A stretch of DNA of 63,134 nt, filler included, from Reticulomyxa filosa (taxonomy: Eukaryota > Protista > Foraminifera): assembly GCA_000512085.1 (NCBI GenBank). It is 19 parts of 19 records of this genome, joined end to end, with 100 filler letters (N's around TTAATTAATTAA, not from the genome) between each part and the next. Parts side by side here need not be neighbours in the genome. Positions count along the whole stretch, not along the records: positions 10,841 to 12,892 come from ASPP01028662.1; positions 12,993 to 16,587 come from ASPP01012755.1; positions 16,688 to 17,906 come from ASPP01023088.1; positions 18,007 to 19,918 come from ASPP01037386.1; positions 20,019 to 25,353 come from ASPP01023034.1; 14 more parts are not named here. The stretch is one strand, 5' to 3'. This document shows, piece by piece, positions 11,192 to 24,922 of this stretch. The first letter of the stretch is position 1. Each line of letters opens with the position of its first letter. The translations under genes were made by a program, and so were the position numbers. The notes below the pieces were generated by a model that saw nothing but the letters and a program-made list of their open reading frames with translations, was not told where the DNA came from and made no database searches.

Positions 11192-13169
11192 ATATCTCAA
11201 GATGTATACTTGTCTAATTCCAAACAAAAAAATGTTTGACAACTTTTAAATATTATTTACTTGCATAATTTATATTATCTTTTTTTTTTGAAAAACATTT
11301 CTCTGATAGAATATAAAAGAAAAAGATGTACATTTATTACTTTTATTTAATGACAATGTTATTATTTCATCACAATCGCAAATAATACCAATATGATGAT
11401 TAAAAAAATTTTCAGTAAACATTTTTTCAAACAAGCAAAGTGAGTCGATATTATTGATAGTATTGCACAAAACAAATTAGTCAAGATGTTTGAAGACAAG
11501 ATTTGCTAATAAAAAATACAAGTAGTGTTTGAAGCAACGATGAAGTATTACACTATCCTTTGGAACGCGTCAAAGTGGATGCTCTTATGGGATATGCAAA
11601 AGGAAGCAGGGAAAAAAACATGAAACATTGTTTAATATCGTCCATGTATTTGCATCATGGATACGCAAATAGTAAGAATGAATGGATATATGTACTCTTT
11701 ATATCTATTTTTTTTTCTCGCCAATTATATTTTCTATCAAAAGATTGTAAATGTCTTTCCATTTAGTATTTGTTTGACAAACGTGTAGCAATGATTTTGT
11801 GACTCAAATCATTCAAATTCTTTTTCTTTTTGAATTACGTTAATTTTTTTCCTTTATGTACCTTATAACTCGAGCTACTAGTAATGGGTGTTACAACGGA
11901 AAAACTCTAAATAAATCTGATCAAAACCCTTCTTGTCATTGCTTATCAAAAAGTGGCTTTTCTAAATTTTTGTTCATGATAAAATAAAAATGTTCTTTGG
12001 CAACCAGACTTGTAGAACAAAAAAAGTTGGCATTTGTGATAAATATGATAACTGTTATGGTGCTTCTCTCAAGGAAACAAATTAGTCAAAGAGCCAAGTA
12101 TCGCTGTCAAGTTTTGTGGAAAGAGCAAAATGAGAAGGCAAGAAGTGGTAGAGGAATCTGGAAATATGTATCATGTGGAAAAAACAATAAGAGGAAGTGC
12201 TTGGACACTCGAGGGATTTATCAATTTCTTTTTTTGCACATTTTTGGAGAGTATCCACTATCTCATTAAAACGAATTTTTTTTAATAAAAAACTTTTGCA
12301 TTTGCAGTACCGATGTTGCAACTACCGCAAGATCAGTTAATAGAAGAAGAAGTGTTTGTAAGCAAAATAACAAGAAGCCTGTCCGATTTTTTGTTTTTTT
12401 GAAAAATGTGTTTCGTTGATACACGTTGTAATGAACTGTTACTATTTTCTTGTAAATTCTGTATTACTTTTTTTTATTAACTATCTGCGATCATAATATT
12501 CAAACATACGCAATAACATTAACAATGAAAGATCTGTTGACGCAATTATACCAAAAAAATCCAAGCAAAACTATTCTCTTATTTCAAATTTTCCAATCAA
12601 TTTTATAAAGGGTAAGGGACCAGGACCATAGTTAAGTTTATGACTACCTAATGGTAGACTTCCGATTTTCATCCGAGCTAAGGGGTAACTGCGAGGCTTT
12701 AAATTGGATCATTTTTTTTTTTTGATAAAAAAATAACATGGATTACAGCAAAAAGAACGTTTTTTATAATTTTTCACCAAAATTATTCAAATAAGAAGCA
12801 TAAAAATCTCTCCTTTTTTTTGTGAACAGTCAACTAAATTTCAAATGTGTACAACCAAAGACTTACCAGAGGAAATTCAGTAATGCAAAAAANNNNNNNN
12901 NNNNNNNNNNNNNNNNNNNNNNNNNNNNNNNNNNNNTTAATTAATTAANNNNNNNNNNNNNNNNNNNNNNNNNNNNNNNNNNNNNNNNNNNNACACACAC
13001 GCACATAAATTTACAATGCGATAAAATCCCAGTACATAGCAATATGCCATATGTACATACATATACATACATATATGTATACATATATAAATATATACAT
13101 ATATAAATATATACATATATATATAAGTGTAAATGAAATTGGTTAGTTGATTGTGAATGGCGGATTAAA

Positions 13170-14894
13170 CTTTGGAGATTTCCATTTGTTGGACGCATTT
13201 TTTGGATAAGACATTGATGGCCAAGACACAGGTGGGATAGATCAACAGGACGTGAAAGGACGTAATGGCGAATCCAAACGGGACGGTTTTATTCATGCCA
13301 TTCCAATCGTCGTCTTTGGCATTGCTATCAAATGAAATGAAGTTTTCCATCAACCGGTCTCCAATGACCCGATCTCCAGACTGCAAGTTGCCTCCAAATG
13401 ACACTTTGACAAGCGCAACGCCCTGTTCCATCAGCCAGCCAACCGTTTCGGCTGGGCCATTGGGTGTGGGTTTGAATATGCCCAAAGAGGTGCGATCGAT
13501 CGACGCTGAAGTTCATATTTGTTTGTTTGTTTGTTCTATGTTTTCCTCCCTACACACACACACACACATAGCAAAAAGTATTTAAAATAAACGAACCAGG
13601 AATTTCTTTAAATTCGGGCTTGTTGTCATAAGCTCGAAACAAAGCATGAAGTGTCGGGCCTCCAATGAACTCATACATTCGATTAGGGATGATTGCGACG
13701 ACATAAAACTGTAGTTTTGCGCCAGTTTCCTTGGCGGAGCTCATCGACTGCTTTCGTTCGGGCGCGCTTGACACGACGGTCGATGTCCCAGTAGCAGCGC
13801 CTGACCTCTTCACTGAAGGCTCGTCTTCGTCGCTGTCGTTGTCAATGAAGCCCGTGTTGCCTAACATCGCCACTCGTTGTTGCAACATCTCCGAATTTCG
13901 ACCCGCGCCCAATCCCACATTTTGAGCACGAGACGCGACACTGGCGCGCGATAAGGGCCCACTGCCCTCGTCTTTCGAGGCCAAGTATTCGATATGCAAT
14001 CCGCAAACTCGAACTGACGTTTTCGATTCGTGAAATATTTTATTCGGTTCGTTTGCATTTGGAACCCGACACGTTGTTAAATCATACAGCTAAATTGAAG
14101 GAAGGGGGAGGAAAAAAAAAAAAGGGTGAAAAAAAAAAAAAAGGGGTTGGTTTTGGTTCTTTGATCTTTTTTGCTTTTTAAAACAAAACTTTGGCAAAAT
14201 GCTTTTCTTTTTCGCCAATTATCATTTCATAAATTCCACCATCTGTCGTCCCGAATACAATTACTCCAGTATTCGTTTTCGTCAGTCCATGCTCGTCCCA
14301 CACGACGCTCTCTATGACCAATCCCTTTTTTTTTTAACAAACATTAAAAAAAAAAACTCTTTGGTCCAACTTAGTTCCTATTTGTTTTGTGAAGTTGATT
14401 AACTTTGCATTTGGTCAATTGCATTGGCTTAGCTGCCTTTTGTACATTTATGTAAACATTCGCATCGCTCTCATAAGTGACGAGTATATGATTGCAATTC
14501 CAGTCCATGAAAATTTTGTGAATTTGATTTTTTTCGCTGCCAATGAATTTCTTTGGAATTTCAAATTCTTTTTTTTTTTTTGCGTGTGCGTATTTTGTAC
14601 AAGATTCCTCATACAAAACATCCTTTTTTGGAGACCTCCCCTCTTCCTTTCTTATGGTGCTCTGAAACTTGCGGTATTGCCATCATTTGTCAACATGAAA
14701 AGTTTGTGCTTGTCCGTTGCAACCAAAATAGTGTTGTTGCCTAACGCCATGGCCACGATTGCACCATCTTTGCGGTCTGGAGCCCACTGCAATAAATTCT
14801 TCTCAAACAAAGAGTCATCTTCAACATTCACTTCCTCATCATCTTCCAATGTTGGTAATACATCATCGTCCTCCTCCTCCATTGCTGGCCGCAT
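13170..14894 (-). CDS. VPS18: Vps18/Pep3 HOPS-CORVET subunit, N-terminal beta-propeller region, multi-exon, 3'-truncated
   Basis: Exons encode IHKIFMDWNCNHILV, LVIESVVWD...IVFGTTDGGIYE, PNRMYEFIGG, GWLMEQGV and FAITSFHVLLIY...AINVLS. This is the motif order of the Pep3_Vps18 region. Confidence 0.85.
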
Positions 14895-15312
14895 GGCTTC
14901 ACCAAAATTACAGCCTAATCCCAAGAAAAAGCCTCAACGCGACGCTAACCTTGCAGAACTTGCTACACTGGTGGATATCTAAGAGAAAATTGTATTATTT
15001 TAAGATGTTTGCAAGTGTAAATAAAAATATTTAGAATTTTTGATAACAATTAACAAACGATAATCGATAATATCTGGCTGTCAGTGTGATAACAGCATTT
15101 ATAGTCGTATATTTAGTTAAAAAAAATTATAAAAACTGATACAACTTTCACAAATAGTAGTTTTTTGTATGATATTTCACTTAAAATCAAAAATTGCTAA
15201 ATAAAGTTTTATCTTTAACGTGCATAAAAAAATATAAATATCAACTACATACATTGTGAAAAAAAAAAATATTGTGGAAGATAATGTAAATAGTTAAAAA
15301 CATATATAATAT

Positions 15313-15535
15313 TGTAGGGCAAGTCCCTATTATAAGTACCCGAACGTCAAGGGAACGGAGGAATCCCCAGTAGGTTAAACTTCCTCAACAAACTTACTTC
15401 TTACTTTCTTGCTTTTCTTTACTTTTGTTATCTTGTTTTATTATTTCAATTTCTTTCGTTTTACGAAATCATTATTCTCTGTAAACACCTCTCGTATTAC
15501 AGTTAGTGCACCACTGCTGTCAGCAGACGTCCACA
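15313..15535 (+). mobile_element. Solo-LTR-like repeat, copy D
   Basis: TG...CA ends (TGTAGGGCAAGTCC...CAGCAGACGTCCACA) with ATAT direct repeat at 15309-15312 and 15536-15539; homologous to copies B and C. Confidence 0.72.
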
Positions 15536-16687
15536 ATATTATAATTATTAAATAATTATAAAAAGAAAGAAGTAATTGTGATTACATTAATGTAGACTAT
15601 TGAATTATTGATACTATATAATGTTGATTTGTCGACCTTCAAACGATAATTTAGTCATTTAACTTCATTTGAATTCATTGAACAAACAAAAGGAAATGGA
15701 AAAGTGCTAATTGGTTTTGTGCAAGTAGCAGAGTCAACAAAATAAACAAATAAAATTAAATGAAACAAAAAAGGAAAATTAAGTGCTTGAATAACTAATA
15801 CAAGTACATTTCAAAGATCAGTTAAAAAATATATTCTATTTCTTTGATAAAGAAAATTAAAATATTAATTTCAAACTAAATGAGTATATTTAAATAACTT
15901 GAATCTGAACAAAAAAAACATATCAAAAAATATTAAAAACGTTGATGAAAATGAATAATTACATGATGTATAATGATTTAAAGCTCGAGTACTAATGTTT
16001 GTTCAAATTGTGTTAAAACTGAATATTTAATGGCATATTTACAATGTAATGTATAGTTTATTGCCCAAGTAAATGTCAGATTGATTACAAATATTGATAG
16101 TTCAGACAAAACTCTACTATTTCTTTTCAGTGTCATATTATACATAGTAAATAGCAGATACATTTTACTTTAATTGTAGAGTTATTCCTTGTTTCTGAAT
16201 TTTTTAACAAGATAAAAAGCACTTGAAGGAATAGTTTATTTCATATTTTACTGATCATCGGCTTACCTTTTCATGATATCATTCAAAATAAGCAAATTCA
16301 GATGCTTCTATGCTAAGCTACTCATAAGAGGAGTGCAAACAAAGAGTTAGCCTTCTGCTCGACTTAAAAAGGGAAAACAAAATTTCAATGGCAGCACGTT
16401 ATCCAGGTGCCAGACGTACAAGCAATGTATCCGCCTTACGTCGTTATAACAGTGAAGGTTATGAGCTCTCAGAGCATGTACCCGCTGGAGTAATGCCTCG
16501 CGATATGGTAATAATGACTTACTGGTCGCACTTGAACAACGACTAGTGACGTCGAATGACCTAGACAGGGGGAGAAGAAAGGGGGGGNNNNNNNNNNNNN
16601 NNNNNNNNNNNNNNNNNNNNNNNNNNNNNNNTTAATTAATTAANNNNNNNNNNNNNNNNNNNNNNNNNNNNNNNNNNNNNNNNNNNN

Positions 16688-17143
16688 ATTATTTATTCTT
16701 AATACATTATGTCCATTTAAAAATTGTATTTCTTTTGGATAATCACAAATAAATTTATATTCTTTTCTTATTATATTATATGAATAACATTTTGATTTAT
16801 TAAATCCAAATCCACCAAATATTAATATTTCATCTTTTATTGATATTGCTTGACTTATCATTAATGATATTGGTAATGGTGGTAATGATTCTATTATACA
16901 ACTATGTTCTAAATAAAATACAACACGTTTTATATCATGTCCAAATGGCCATATTTCTAATGAATCAAATAATAATACTTTTTCTTGTTCATTTATATCT
17001 TTTCTTTTAATACAAGCTAAAATTTTTTCTTTTTTTTCTTGTTTTAAATGAAACCAAACATCTGAATATTCTGTTCGTTCTTCTAAACTATAAGTTTCCC
17101 AAGTTTGTTTTGGTTTGTTGTTGGTACTACTAGTAGTAGCCAT
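16688..17143 (-). CDS. Kelch-family protein with an extra N-terminal region, 3'-truncated
   Basis: ESLPPLPISLMISQAISIKDEILIFGG...CYSYNIIRKEYKFICDYP aligns with blade 1 of the Kelch genes in contig 1. Confidence 0.75.
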
Positions 17144-17859
17144 ATTAAGTAGCAGTACCGAGAAGAGTTTTTTTCCAACCCCTTTTTTACAGAGTTTTGT
17201 CTGGACATACATTTTTTATCTTTTTGTTATTCATTTCAAAATAAATCAATCCATTCAATTCAAAAATGGCATTCAAATTTAATATTCATTTTTTTTCATC
17301 AATTTATTTTATTTTAAAAACCTAAGAGAAGGGGAAAAATATTACGAAGAGGAATAAATCTTTGACATGGCGAATAGTTCAGTTATTTTGGACAAAGGCC
17401 TTGTGGACAGCCGAGTGAGATTGTGTTTGCACAATTCTTAATATCCATCTTTTCATATGTATTTTTTGTTTTATAAAGGAGCCTTTGAGTAGGTAGGACT
17501 CTTGGCAGAAGAGAATCATATTAAGCTGAGCTGATCCCAAAAAAAAACGAGATAGAATGACACAATATCTGCACTGGGGAAGGCTTACGATGCACGTTTG
17601 ACATGTCATTTATCAGCGTCTCACACACACTACAATCCAATCGATCCATCGAACCCACAGTTGGTGGAGGACCGTATCAGCAAAAGCCAATGGAAGATCC
17701 AATGCGCAACAACCAAAGAGGACAATTCAGTGAACGCACAAGTAGCCCTTCAACGACAAGGTTTACTTCCACAGCAATTTCAGAACCAAATCTGTTGGGA
17801 CTTTTCCGGGGCATATTTGGCGTTGCAAACGGAGTTTAAGATCTCTTACAAATTATTTC

Positions 17860-17900
<41 letters not shown>

Positions 17901-18479
17901 ACAATTNNNNNNNNNNNNNNNNNNNNNNNNNNNNNNNNNNNNNNNNNNNNTTAATTAATTAANNNNNNNNNNNNNNNNNNNNNNNNNNNNNNNNNNNNNN
18001 NNNNNNTTAATGGAAAAAAGTTCTCTGTTCTACTCCAGTTTTTTTTTAAAACCCCTTTTTCGTTTTCAAAATTATTGTTGCATTTAAAGAATAAATACCA
18101 AAAAATTCCTTTGAATTTAGTGTTCTATGACATTTGAGTTTTTTAAAATTTTAAAAAAAAAGAACGAAATTTCTATCAAGTTTTTTTTTTTGAGATGATA
18201 CTTTTTTTTAGGAGAGATTACTTTTTTTGCATATAGAAATAATTTTGATATTTACACCAATATTTCATGCGCTTAGCTTTTGTTGTGATTTGTATTTTCA
18301 CTTTCTTTCTCGACAATCAAATCAAATAAAATTTTTTCTGGCTGTATGATAGGAACAAAATATAATGAAAACCAACTTTGGAAAAATAAAAAATGAGGTA
18401 AAGAGAATACGTGGTTGATTGATGGAATAAATAATGATTTATTGGTTTATAAAGTTAAAACTAATTGATTCAAAAAAAA

Positions 18480-19140
18480 AATACCGTCCTGTCGATACCC
18501 ACATTTCCTGGCATAGTGATTTTTCTTTTTGGTAGTATACACTCTAATCTCCATATTGAAGCAATTTTACTTCAACACGCCCATATAGCCATGAATGTTA
18601 ATGTGTTTGGAGTCCTTTTGTATTTTCCATTTGCCATTGCAATATATATTCACTTCCTCCAACGTAACAAGATTTTGATATGTTTGAGTATCCCTCTTGC
18701 GATGTCCATTCATAATAATTATCATTGCAATTGTCATTATTATTATTATTATTGCCGTTTTGTGTATTAGTCGCTTTTTCTTTTTGTTGGCTCGTTTTTT
18801 TTATGTTGTTTTTGTTCTTGTCGCACTTTTCCATCCGTCTCAGCGTACATTTCATCATCTCTCTCGTCATGTCTTTGTCTTCCTTTGCACAATTCCGATG
18901 CATGTGCAATCTTTTTTTTCTGCTGTCATTGTTGTGATTGATAGTCATTATTGTCTTTTTTTTCTTTCTCCCATTGTTGAAACATAAACATCAAACAAAG
19001 TCGAAACTGGCAATATTTGGAGGTAGAGATTTGAATGTTTTTTTGTTGTTGTTGACACCCTTTTTGTTTTTAAGTGTTTGACGTGGCGTCTAATTGTAAA
19101 GGCTGCACAAAATTTATCTGTTGTACAATTCCAAATTGTT
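18480..19140 (-). pseudogene. Fragmented hypothetical coding region
   Basis: Coding-like segments (AAT/AAC repeats, YYEWTSQEGYSN...) interrupted by stops and frame changes; no family recognised. Confidence 0.3.
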
Positions 19141-21521
19141 TTTGTATATACATATATATGGATTACATTCGTTCTTGAATGAAAAGAGAAAAATCAGTCA
19201 ATAATTAATTCTTCATAACATAAAAAAGATCTTGAACTAATGTTCATTCCAATATTTGTCTGCATTTTTTTAAAGTATTATCTTTAATTTACCTTATTTT
19301 CTTTTCCAAACAGGAAAGCATGGTATTGTAAGAAAGCATTTGCAGATATTTATAATATTATTATTATAGCCTTTTTCTTCACAATCTTTTCTTTCAAAGT
19401 GACATCATTTATTGAAAGAGACTCTTAACTCAAGTGGCTGTCTCCTCTTTATCACACTTTAACATACACCAACTCTTCCTGATTTAATTAATTTTCAAAA
19501 CGATGTTATTAAAAATCATAAGACTAGATCTATGCTTGTCTGCAATACGATATGATATGACGTAGGTTATATCTGCCGAACGACTTTTTCTTTATATATT
19601 TTGTTTTAAAAATTGGCCTTTACATTTTGTATCAAATCATTTGTGTGAAAGTTTTCTAAATGATGCATTTTGTGATTTTTATTTATTTAGATATTGCACT
19701 TTTGTGAAGCGACAAAAAAAAGAACATTTTCAAAAACTAGTTTTTATTCAATAAATTCAAACAAAATATTGTTGTTTTTTTTTTGAGTTATTTGATGTGA
19801 CTTTTTTAACTTTTATACCTAATTACCAATGTAAAAAAAGATATATCTGCTATCCAAATGAATTAATGTATTGGCATAATCTATTTGTACTGATCAAATT
19901 ATGCAAAAAAATGAATTANNNNNNNNNNNNNNNNNNNNNNNNNNNNNNNNNNNNNNNNNNNNTTAATTAATTAANNNNNNNNNNNNNNNNNNNNNNNNNN
20001 NNNNNNNNNNNNNNNNNNTTTGCACAAACTTTGTCAATTCAATTCATTTGCTAAAAACACTCAACTAATTATAAATCAGCCAGTTGACACAAGATATCTA
20101 CTAAGAGCGTAATTTGTCATGTGATTTTGCTTTTTTTTCATATAGACCTTATGTATTGCTATTTTTTTTCTTTGATGCATGTGAATCTTTTCTTCTCCAG
20201 AAAGTAAATTGATATTTTTTTGCCGACATGCCTGGAGCTGGGATATCGACGCTCTTTGGACTTTTTTTTTGTTGATAGCTAGCGGATTTTTTTTTCATCT
20301 ATGAAAATTTGATCGAGTTTTTTTTGCCAACATGCCTGTTGCTACGATATCGACACCGCTTTGAATTCTTTTTTTTTTGAAGAAAAACACACTTGGCTTG
20401 AGTCATACTTCGTGCCATTATTCTTTCACAGTTTCTTCTTTGAATGGAATAATGAGGGGAGATTACAACTAAATAATATACTTTAACACAATTTAAAACA
20501 CGTTGTTACTTTCTTCAAGTAAAAATAAAACTTCACCTCCGTTCCTCCCTCCTTGAACCAAACAAAGCTTTAAAAGACAAAATAAGTTAGTTAAAAAGAA
20601 AAAATACGCTGAAATATCAATTCAATATTAAAAATATTTTAAAGATTTTAAAATAGTGTATTATTTTGCGAACTGTCATTAAGCCTTCCATTGTAAAGTT
20701 GCAGTACGTATAAACTATTTACAGTGTATTACTATCTGCCTGATTAATCCACATGTTGACAGATAAAAAATTCTTCTTTTATTGATTCTCTTCTTGCTCG
20801 TGATTCGTTTTTTGTTTTTGTATGTTTTAATAGTCGATTACGGCTGGAAGATCACGTTAAAAAAATTCCTAGCCATTTGCGTTCGCGACGTTGTCGTTTT
20901 TGGTGCTCTTTACAGACAAGGATAGAGAGCGCTCTTGTTGGATCCTACCACAATATTAGCTCATCATAAAAGAAGAGAAAAAAAGTCACTTGCATTTTCA
21001 TCGTAAGCATGTTTAGATCATGACCACGGAATTGAAGTTCTTGAAATCCTCAAATCCTTGTCTTCTTTTGACAGCATAATGATATTACACAAGTTTTTGG
21101 AGTCACTGCCATTGAGAGCATTAAACGAGTATAAAACTTTGATTGATATTACGCTCATCATTGTTTTTATTCCTTTTGATGTAATATCTATCAACTTTCA
21201 AATATTATCAATGTGACAATTGATTTTCAACGCAATTTGGAGTTATTCTTAAAAAAAATGATTCAGATTTTTTCAATTGATTGATGTAATTTTTTCCATG
21301 TCTTATTATTAATATCTATTATTTTAAGTAACATTGAAGGAAAAATTCTAGTCACCTGAGAGATTAAATTGAACAACATTACATTTGTAATTTTTCACAA
21401 TCAAAACTGTTGAATTTGAGCGATAGTTCCAAAAAATTCCGAATGTCGTGCCTTTTTTTGGTAGAACTTAAACCGCCGAAACAAAACAAAAAAAACAGAA
21501 CACTGGGGAATCCCTTTCACC

Positions 21522-24486
21522 ATGGCATGTTCGTATCAAGATTATATTGACTTCGCCTTTTGTTTGCACAGCCAAGCATTCTGTGGCAATTGTTTGCCGT
21601 GTCTGTTGGATTCTAACAATTATTTTGCGTTTGCCAACGAAACTCACGCACTGAGCTGCAGTGACATACGGACAAATGGTCCGTGTGTCAATTGCAAAAA
21701 GCACTGTCAAAAATGGGTTGGACGAGATAGTTCCCCCCACTGTTCACCGTGTACAGATTTTTTTTTATTATTTTTTTGTATTACCGTTATGATTTAATTA
21801 CGATGTGCACCAAGGACCAAATAAGAAAAGGTTCATTTTTTGAAACAAACAAACCAACAGTAAACAAAATGGTGCCGACAATAGTTCACAATGAAACTGG
21901 AGCCCGATTTGATGAAATAAGCACAGCAAGCAATTACAGTCGCAAGTCCTTTGAGATAAGTGTGAAATGTGAAACAGGACTGTTGTCGTTGCAATGGGGT
22001 AATTTGATGATTCAAGGCAATACCTTTGAGACCGATATGGATCTCTGTTCTATCAAAATCATTAACAAGATGAGTAGCTCTTGCAACGGGAAAACCAATT
22101 GTACTTACAACTTTTACGACGATGCCATTAAAGTGGCCACTAACAAATACTATTGTGACATAAGCGATCTCAAGCTACTCAACTATCGGGCTGAAGTCGG
22201 AGCTTACTGTTTAGCTATTGTTTACATGTTGTACATGTGTTGTGTTCATATTTATGTCGATCTATATGTATATATCGACATAAATAGATATGTATATTCA
22301 TACATACATAATGTATACTTTTTTTTTTTTCGGCACGTTTCTTACTTTTTTTTTTTGCTCCCCCCCCCTTTTTGTGTTTTTCCCAAAAAAAAAAAAATAA
22401 AAAAAATGTTTTGTAACAAACTCTCCTTGCCAAACAACAACAAAGGCACGACAGTGCAACAAGACACGTTTGTAACAGCGGGCAATTGTACAACGGACAA
22501 AGAATTAGTCACATTGATTTGTTTGGCGGTGCTCGTGGCGTTTTTATCTTTTGTGGTGGCGACCATCTTTGGGAAGTTTTGTTATTCAGCATTCTGTAAA
22601 GAAACTTGGAGACCCCCACAACCGCTGCCAAGTCCTCCTCCTTTCACCCCAAACTTGAACCGAATCGCTTATGTATGTTTTTAAAAAAAAAAAAAAAACT
22701 GATAATAATAATAAAAAACATACATAACTTTTTTCGGAAACAAACGTTTTTGAAAAAATTGTTCGAATATACGTATACTTAAACAAACTCTCGTATACGT
22801 AATTATTTTAAAAAAAAAACCAAAAACCAAAAAAAAAAAAAAAAGGAAAAGAGTACAAACAACTGAACCACAACAAGAGATTCAAATTCCGACAGTTGAC
22901 AACATGGGTGATGGAAGTAACGAATTGTATCCCGGCAGAGTACACTTGTCGCCGTTTCAGCTGAATGTAACGGGCAGTGGCGAACCGGACGTGTTGCCAT
23001 CGCAAAGAATAGCGACCGACGTCCGAGCCCTGCCTTTGATGAACTTGCACGGACCGACAAACTCCCCGCAGACAGCACAGCAGCTGTTAACCCTGCCGAG
23101 CGGCGACTCTTTGGTCGCGCCACATTTTCTTGGCGAACAATCCAATTCTCCACCCAATCAACTTTACGGCGTCCGCGCGATGGACAGGCAGCAACAGCAG
23201 CCAATAGGTTTGTATTCAAACAAGCAAAAAAAATTGATTAATTTAATTAATTAATGGCAATGAATTATATATACATATATATATATATGTATATATGTAT
23301 TTATATTTATTGTATGTTTTGTGTACGTGCAATGCAAGCAAATGACAACTTGCAATGTGCAATGTCAAAAAAAACCAAACACACAAACGCATACATATCA
23401 CACAAACGACAAGGTATTCAAGTAGCTTATCCGACATCACTGAGTTATTATCGTGCAAATCCCGATTACCCGAACGACCATGTATTAGTGTCGCAAAAGA
23501 AGAACAACGACTCGCGCGTGGCACGTATGGCGGACGCATTGATGGACCCACATTGGCAAGGCTCTGCTCCGCGACGTCAAATTCCGGCGGACCTGAGCGA
23601 GTTAAAAGAGATGATCGAGATCAGCGCGAACGAGTTGCAATTCGATATCGAGATTGGCCGAGGCTCATGCGGAACCGTATACAAAGCTCGTTGGTGTGGA
23701 CATGATGTTGCGTGCAAAAAGTTTGCAAAAGACGAAGTGGATGCCAAAAAAGCCATGCAATTTTTTAAAGAGCTGCAAATCTCATACAAAGCATCCAATC
23801 ATCCCAACGTGTTGCGATACTATGGATTTTGTCAAAAGCCATTGTGCTTGGTGATGGAATATATGGACGGTGGAAGTGTGCAAGAATATCTGCATCACGA
23901 CAGTCCCCAATCCATTCAAATTTCCTCTTTACAACGACTAAAGATTGCCAAACAGGTGGCATTGGGTATCAATCATTTGCACCAACACAACATTGTTCAT
24001 CGCGACATTGCCGCCAGAAATTTACTAATGAAAAATCCCAAAACACATCCTGGCGACTTTGTGATTGTTATTAGTGACTTTGGGATGAGCCAAATTATGA
24101 ACGAGGAAACATATAACAATACGTATACCTCCATTGGACCACTTAAGTGGATGGCCCCAGAAACACTGAATGAACACCCGCGCTTTTCCACCAAGTCTGA
24201 TGTCTATTCCTTTGGCATCACTTTGTGGGAACTGCTCACCGGACAAGAGCCGTACGCTGATATCGATCCACTCAATGCTGCTGTCCAAGTTGTTGTGGCC
24301 CAACTGAGACCCACGCTTTATGAATTCATTGATGTCAAGATACAAAGTCTACTCAAACGTTGTTGGGACAATGATCCTTCCAAGCGCCCTGATTTTCCAG
24401 AAATTATCCTCCTCCTGGAAAAAATCATCGAAAGAGAGGAAAAGAAACTGCAAAGGAAACTTGATGATAGTGACAATGACGACTGA
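21522..24486 (+). CDS. Single-pass receptor kinase: Cys-rich region, SUEL/galactose-lectin-like domain, TM, TK/TKL kinase
   Basis: Exons at about 21522-21750, 21815-22208, 22446-22672, 22880-23207 and 23414-24486. SUEL-like Cys pattern (VKCETG...SCNGKTNCT...GAYC). TM LVTLICLAVLVAFLSFVVATIF. Kinase motifs GRGSCG, VACK, HRDIAARN, DFG, GPLKWMAPE. True start and first junction unresolved. Confidence 0.82.
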
Positions 24487-24922
24487 CCATTTTTTTTCCC
24501 CCTCCCCCCCCTTCCTTTAAATGATTTCATACTTTATTTTACTCTTTTTTTTTTTTTTACTTTCAAACAAACATTTTTTTTTACTTTTTTTTTTTTAAGT
24601 AAAAAAAAAAATTGATAAATAAGCAAAAAATTCATCTCATTGTTAGAGTGATTATGAGTGTTTTATTTCTTCTTAGTGGTTTGTTTGTTGTATTTTTTTT
24701 AGTTATTTTGTTAGCCCTTATGGTTTTTGTTTTGATTTGATTTGGTTGTTTTTCTCCAGGAGTTTTGTTCTTTGTGTTCATTTTTGCTGGAAGCTTTTTC
24801 TCATAATGTCATTTTTCTATTCTTAAATTTATTGGGGAAAATTCAACGCGAGCCAATTCTGAATCATTTTTTTGCTGTCACAACGGAACAAAGAACTGAA
24901 CTTTGGATAAATTTAAAAAAAA

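Noticed and set aside
19605-19630. GCCTTTTAC resembling U5 loop 1
   Set aside because: There is no convincing stem in the correct register; a chance match in AT-rich DNA is likely.
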